Shown here: piece after piece, positions 57,325 to 64,000 of the stretch
How the letters are laid out: each line of letters begins with the position of its first letter
Numbering within the stretch: the stretch's first letter is position 1
Source of the DNA: Octopus vulgaris
Taxonomy: Eukaryota
Reading direction: 5' to 3'
Assembly: GCA_951406725.2 (NCBI GenBank)
Contig: OX597830.1
Coordinates: 3,286,001-3,350,000 of the forward strand
Length of the DNA stretch: 64,000 nt
Made by a program: the position numbers and the translations under genes
Notes under the pieces: generated by a model
Seen by the model: only the letters and a program-made list of their open reading frames with translations
Databases searched by the model: none
Told to the model about the DNA's origin: nothing

Positions 57325-57365
<41 letters not shown>

Positions 57366-57541
57366 CTATATATATATATGTATATATCTATATATATATA
57401 TATTTGTATATATCTATATATATATGTATATATCTATATATATATATATGTATATATCTATATATATATATATTTATATATGTATATATATATTTATAAT
57501 AAGTGTAGTTGGTATACAAGTGGGTATATATTTATAAAAAA

Positions 57542-57874
57542 TTCTTAGAAATTTCATGTTTCAGTTCTTAAAAAAACGAACCTCATCAAAAATATTTTAA
57601 AAAGTTAAGTGTAATAAAAAAGTTCATAATTGTTTCTTACTAGTCTCAACAGAATCCACGTGGTGGTTTTTTGTGTGGGCGGGGAGCATAGCCAAGGAAT
57701 CTAGTCAACACACAAGACAGCTATTATGCTCCCCACACACAAAAAAACCACCACGTGGATTCTGTTGAGACTAGTAAGAAACAATTATGAACTTTTTATT
57801 ACACTTAACTTTTTAAAATATTTTTGATAAGGTTCGTTTTTTTCAAGAACTGAAACATGTAAAATTTCTAAGAA
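57542..57874. repeat. Inverted repeat, ~150-bp arms, 34-nt spacer
   Basis: 57542-57690 pairs with 57725-57874. Confidence 0.95.
57815..57867 (+). ncRNA. Hammerhead-like motif, U3-A8 core
   Basis: ATTT-TTGATAA-GGTTC-loop-GAACT-GAAAC-AT-GTA-AAAT; palindromic stem III ACATGT. Confidence 0.6.
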
Positions 57875-57942
57875 AATTAAAGTTCATCTTATATAGTGGC
57901 GTTTTCAAACTTCTTTTTTATAAATATATATATATATATATA

Positions 57943-57998
<56 letters not shown>

Positions 57999-58112
57999 TA
58001 CATTATTATATGTTTCTTTTGTTTAGTTTCCTTGACTGGATGCTTTTCCTAACACCAGCTACTTTACAGATTCTGTTGGCTGCACCATATCATGTCACTG
58101 GCTCTAAATGCA

Positions 58113-58143
<31 letters not shown>

Positions 58144-59862
58144 GAGAGTAAAGGAATGGCCAGTAAATCAATGTGTCAAAAATAATACCTTGTACTATTT
58201 TATCTGGCAAGTGACATGAACATAGCTATTCAGTAAGTGGAGAGTGATAAAATATTTACCATGCAAAGCATGAGAGCCAATAAAACTGACTAAAATCCAT
58301 TGAATGTAGTGTCACACTATAGATGCAACCCAATGAACACAGTCAATAAAAGACAACTGTTAATCATTAAACAAAGAGATGTTCCTTTGAAATAGCCAAC
58401 ATGATTGAAATTAATTATCTTAACGTGACATTTCAATCAGCGTCTGTGTGTTAATATTATATACTCTTATAAATATAAACTTTTGAAATATATAATTTAG
58501 AGCCTGCGTGAGTAAAAAATGTTTTTGAATTTGACTTTCATGTAACTTTGGTAATTAGAAAAACAATTACGTTTTTATTGGCAAGTGTCAGGTGAGTATT
58601 AATAACATGGTTATTATATATTGGAGTTAAATACCTGCTACTTTCAAATATTGCAATTTTAATAATCATTGTATCTTTCATTTTTTGCTAGAAGATCCAA
58701 GTTTAATCTAAAGTACTTTGAATAAGAATTACCACCTGTCACCGGAATTATTAGAAGGAATATAGCTTGTGAGATGTGATATAGACACCAAACACTAAGC
58801 CACAACTACTAGTAGCAGTAGCAGTTGGTAGTGTGTGGTAGACTTTACCTAACTGCTTCAGGTGTCTGTCTATTATAACATCCAGACTTGTTCTCCATAC
58901 ACCAGCTTCAGAAATGAAAATACTCATCTTTGGGAAATTTAGTTTTCCTTATAATGCTGGTGGTATGTAGAAAGCACCATCTGAATGTGGCCAATCCAGT
59001 ACCCCTTGACTGGCTCCCGTGCCGGTGGCACGTAAAAAGAACTCACTGCACTCTCGGAGTGGTTGGCATTAGGAAGGGCTGTAGAAACTCTGCCAGATCA
59101 GATTGGAGCCTGGTGCAGCTGCTGGCTCTCGAGACCTCAGTCAAACCGTCCAACCCATGCCAGCATGGAAAACGGACGCTAAATGATGATGATGATTAGT
59201 CTTGTGACTCAGCTGCTGGCACAGTGTAGAAACTAGAATAAGTTTTGGCTTAACGAGTCAATGGACAAGAAATGAACTTTGACTCTTTAACTTAAGTTAT
59301 TATTATTTTGTGCATTAAATTCATTAAAGTTAACTTGGCTGTTACAATATTCATTAAATACCAACATATAACATTACATTATGCGGAAAAGTTCCACTTG
59401 AAACTCTAAAGTTTTAATCTTCCTTTTGACAGAGATCTAATTATTTACACCAATACAAAGATAACTTGGAGCTATGAACAGTGTTTGTAGTCATTATACA
59501 TCAGTATGTATTAATTATTAAATAGGTTATTTACAGGTCTGTGGCATAGGCCATAAAATTGCTGTTAAACAAAAAGAAACTGATGGAAAAGTAAAATAAA
59601 ATATAATTCCTTTCATTGATAGGAATTCAATAGAAAGCCTGGTGTCATTATTACAAGATTAGAAAACAGAGAACGTTTTAGATGTGTCTTTATATGTGTT
59701 ATCAGTCTTTGGTTCATACAGAAAGTGGGAACTGAAATACTCTATTCTCTAATGCCATTTTAAAATGTTCTGGCATATATTCTGGTACATACTTTCAATT
59801 ATACACTACCATTGCTGCTTTATATTGTACATATATATATACACAGGCATACAAACAAAATA

Positions 59863-59898
<36 letters not shown>

Positions 59899-60089
59899 AA
59901 AATTGGAATGTGGAAATATTTTATTATTATTATTTATTCTCCATTACATGTGTTTCATATGCTAATAGGAATCACTAAGATTTACATGTTCAAGAGGAAA
60001 CAGCTGGGATTTACCTTAACTAACATAGATGATATATATATATATATATATATATAGATAACTATATATATAATATATAACTAACATAG

Positions 60090-60141
<52 letters not shown>

Positions 60142-60377
60142 AGATAAGAAAATGGAGAAATAAATCTAAATCAAATATCAATTACCAGATAATACTCAAT
60201 CACATACTTTATTAAAACACCACATAAGAGACTGTAGGGTTAAACATAAAAAAGCAGAACAAATCAGTGTACATAAAGGAATGTACATAAAAAGTGTACA
60301 TAAAAGAGTAATATGGGATATATGTTATCCCATGGAGGGTTGCATTTACAACCCCTATCTCAATTTGTATATATATG

Positions 60378-60443
<66 letters not shown>

Positions 60444-60484
60444 TTAGAAAAGGAGATGTGGAACATGAGTTGTGATATATAAAA

Positions 60485-60634
60485 AAAGGAAATGAAGAAA
60501 ATGCTGACAAAATAATTTAAGTAGGGGAGAGTGTATTTAATTAGGTGAAAGTTCTTTTCAAAAAGAACTTTCACCTAATTAAATACACTCTCCCCTACTT
60601 AAATTATTTTGTCAGCATTTTCTTCATTTCCTTT
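60485..60634. repeat. Perfect palindrome, 74-bp arms, 2-nt loop
   Basis: 60485-60558 is the reverse complement of 60561-60634. Confidence 0.97.
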
Positions 60635-60679
60635 ATATATATATATATAACATAGATAATAATATATATATCAGAGTCA

Positions 60680-61921
60680 ATGTATGAAAGGCCAAAGTTG
60701 TAGTAAGTAGGAAGGTGAACTCAGGTAGGTGGCCCTACTCGATCTGTAGAAAAGGTGTAGGTAGAAACTCCATAAGATGTACCCAGTGTAAGCTATGGAC
60801 ACATAAGAGGTGCAGCAACATCAAAGGAAAATTAACTGAGAAGATAGCTTTCATGTGCGGCAGATGCACAGGGACAATAGACACCACAGATACTCAGAAA
60901 ACAGATTCCATCACACCCCAGGGGGCGAAACTAGAAGTAGTTGATAGTTTCTGCTACCTTGGTGACCAAGTTAGTAGTGGAGGTGGATGCTCAGAGAGTG
61001 TTACCACTAGAAAAATAGCCTGGGGAAAATTTAGAAAGTTTCTACCCCTACTGGTGACAAAGGGTCTCTCACTCAGAGTGAAAGGTAGATTGTATGATGC
61101 ATGTGGGCGAACTGCCATGCTTCGCGGCAGTGAAGCATAGGCCGTAACTGTGGAGGACATGTGTAGGCTTGAAAGAAATGAATCTAGCATGATCCGCTGG
61201 ATGTGTAATGCCAGTGTGCACCCATGACAGCGTGTAAGCACCCTGACAGAAATGTTGGACATAAGAAGCATTGGATGTGGCGTGCAAGAGAGACGTTTGC
61301 GCCGGTATGGTCATGTACTGCGGGTGGGTGAGGAGAGATGTGTGAAGAAGTGCCACTCCTAAACAGTTGAAGGAATCCGGGGTAGAGATAGACCCAGGGA
61401 GACATGGGATGAGGTGGTGATGTTTGACCTTCGAATATTAGGCCTCACAGAGGCAATGACAAAAGACCGAGACATCTGGAGATATGCTGTGACAGCGAAG
61501 ACCCAACAAATAACGTGATTTCATGGTTGTTTCCTGCACCAGCTTCACATAACAGCCCCAGCCCATCCAAAGTACCTTGAATCGTACAACGGCCTGCTGT
61601 GCTTAGCTTGGATCGTAGGGCAACCTGCTGTGCTTGAGGAGACCTATTGAGTCAAGAATATCAATATCAAAATATAAATCAAATGGTGGCACGTAAAAAG
61701 CACCATCCAAACGTGGCTTCCACGCCAGTGGAACATAAAAAGTACCCACTACACACTTGGAGTGGTTGGCGTTAGGAAGGGCATCCAGCTGTAGAAACAC
61801 TGCCAGATCGGACTGATGCCTGGTGCAGCCTCCTGGCTTCCCAGACTTCGCTCGCACCATCTAACCCATGCTAGGATGGAAAACGGCCGTTAAACGATGA
61901 TGATGATGATGATGATGAAGA

Positions 61922-61925
<4 letters not shown>
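60680..61925 (+). mobile_element. RTE LINE 3' portion (Cys-rich insert, RT C-terminus, 3' UTR, (GAT)n tail)
   Basis: SICRKGVGRNSIRCTQCKLWTHKRC..CGRC; LEVVDSFCYLGD; AWGKFRKFLPLL; KGRLYDAC; stops and frameshifts downstream. Confidence 0.9.
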
Positions 61926-61971
<46 letters not shown>

Positions 61972-62016
61972 AAAAAAAGTCAAGATAGAAAATGCTAAAA
62001 TAATTTTATAAAAAAC

Positions 62017-62060
62017 ATTTCAGTACCGGTTTCAGTCAGTGAGATTTTTTCAACTGTAAT
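62017..62060 (-). ncRNA. Minimal type I hammerhead in the Penelope 3' terminal region, U3-A8 core
   Basis: ATTACAG-TTGAAAA-AATC-TCACT-GACT-GAAAC-CG-GTA-CTGAAAT; stem I 6 of 7 bp, palindromic stem III ACCGGT. Confidence 0.7.
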
Positions 62061-62444
62061 ATTTATTAATATTTATATAAATATTTATATAAATAATTAA
62101 ATTTAGAAAAATTAGAAGAAAAGTATTTTTTTAAAAAAGAATATTTGTATAGTGTTCAAATACAAGTGGCATTCTCCTTGTTTCTGCCTGTCTCTATCTC
62201 TCTTGTTTACTCTTGTGGGTTCGAGGTCCTTGTGAATTCTTTGTAGGGAAGAAGAAGAAAAAACAGGAAAGAGGAGAAGGGGAATAAGAAGGAGAAGAAT
62301 TTGGGAGTGTCATGATAGTAGCATTTTGAATGGTCAGTGGATGGTAGCAGTCCCTGTTCAATTCATGAAAATATTTCTTTAGAATGTTTTGTTTTATAGA
62401 ATTTGCGTAGGTGTTATTCTAAAGAGCATTAGTGATTAAGTTAG

Positions 62445-62527
62445 GAAGAAGAAGAAGAAGAAGAAGAAGAAGAAGAAGAAGAAGAAGGAGAAGAAGAAGA
62501 AGAAGAAGAAGAGGACGAAGAAGAAAG
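62445..62527. repeat. (GAA)n microsatellite
   Basis: Direct inspection; lies within the Penelope 3' region. Confidence 0.95.
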
Positions 62528-64000
62528 AATCTCTTGAGTGTATCATCTTTAATATTTGCGTGTGTATTTGTGTTATTCTAAGGCCGAGGTGGATATGTCG
62601 TTTGTCGTAGACGCGTTCAGAAGGGGCCTGTATTTTGTAATAAAGAGAGTTTTTTTACTAATTCGTTGGCTCCAGGTTGTATCGTCCCTGAAATGGTAGA
62701 GGGGAGAAATTCTGAAGCTTGGTGTATTGTTGTTGGCACAAATGTCGATGTGTTGGATGAATGCTATTTTTCTGTTTTGGAGAATTTTTATCTGGGATCT
62801 GTGCAGGGCCATTCTTTAAGGTAAACTATTTTTTGTTTGGCCTATATATTGCTCTTGACACCCAGAGCAGGTTAGTGTGTATATCAGATTCTCCGAAGCA
62901 CATGTGAAGTTGCTTTTCACTGTGAAACGTTGTCCCTGTTTGAAGGAGAACTCTGATCCCTCAATTAGATAATCGCATATCCCACAATTGGGTCCTCCAT
63001 ATTTTTTTACTGACGGCTTCTGTGTTGTTGAGCGTATTTGGGCTTGTGTTAAGAGACTTTTCATAGATTTGGGCTGTCTCTTACTTTTTATGATGGTGTG
63101 TGTTTGGAGGATTAAGTTCATTCTGTGGTCCTTTTTTTAGCAGGGGTGTGTTTTGGAGGATGGTGTCGAAGGCCTCATTGTTGAGAGGGTTGTGTGTGGA
63201 GATGTATGGTAAGGCTTTTGGTTATACATTTTTCTTTAATTTGGGATGTCTGAGTTTCTGGATGTTAAGTTGAAGGGCACGTTGCATGCATATGTCAATT
63301 AGTGAAGGTGGATGGTTCCTGGTGATGAGTGAATGTATCCTTTAGTTCATGTAGTCGTGTGTCTCTGGTGTTTGCATTAGAAACTATAGTACATATCCTT
63401 TTTGCTAGATTGAAGGGGATATTCATTCTGGTGTGTTTGGGGTCGCATGAATTGAATGGAAGATATAGCTTGGAATCCGTAGGCTTGTAGTATATATCTG
63501 TTTCTATTACGTTATTAGATTTCTTAATGAGAATGTCGAGGAAGGGGAGTTGTTGCTGGCTATATTCCATCGTGAATTGGATGTTTACGTCAAGTCCATT
63601 TAAAAGTGCTTGGAATTCTTTAAGTTTCTCTATATTTTCATGCCAAAGAATGAAAAAGTCATCTAGGTATCTCTTCCAGTTGTTTTCTATGTTGAGGGAG
63701 AAAGCGCTACCGTATCTTTCTAGAACCTTACGATAGAGACTGATTTCTAGATATCCCATGACTAGGTTAGCAAAGGAGGGGCCATTTGCGTACCCATCGC
63801 AGTCCCCGATTTTTGTCGGTAGAAGTTGTCTTTGAAGGCGAAGTAGTTATTTTCCAGGATGAATTTTAGACCTTCTATCACAAATTCTTTTTTGATGCGA
63901 TGTGGGAGTTCGTTGGCGTGATTCTCTAGCCAGAATTGAATTGCCTCTATTCCTAGGTTGTGAGGGATATTGGAATAGAGGTTGACTACATCGAAGGATA

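Larger units (their letters stand above)
61970..64000 (-). mobile_element. Penelope-like retroelement (RT + GIY-YIG), frameshifted, runs off the window
   Basis: SFDVVNLYSNIPH, QKSGTAMGT, WKRYLDDFFILW, LPFLDI, TDIYYKPTD, NLIYTLTCSGCQEQYIGQT, MALHRSQIK. Confidence 0.95.

Overview
Very AT-rich, repeat-dominated eukaryotic (animal) DNA. The SINE/LINE families and extreme microsatellite density resemble an octopus genome (recognition from memory, not a database result). No host protein-coding gene can be identified with confidence, and almost all ORF-track entries are microsatellite translations. Supportable content: decayed DNA transposons (several Tc1/mariner, a probable Chapaev3-type element, hAT and fold-back MITEs), RTE- and CR1-type LINE fragments (one with an uninterrupted ~320-codon RT C-terminus), two Penelope-like elements (RT + GIY-YIG), a gypsy gag remnant, a solo LTR, many tRNA-derived SINEs and a 62/63-bp higher-order minisatellite in an RTE 3' UTR. 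The most notable signals are: (i) at least four type I hammerhead-ribozyme motifs, including a ~370-bp non-coding element family with a long stem II and fully covarying stem I, and cores with a U3-A8 swap of the conserved C3-G8 pair; (ii) seven long fold-back palindromes, most beside microsatellites and some carrying hammerhead-like motifs.
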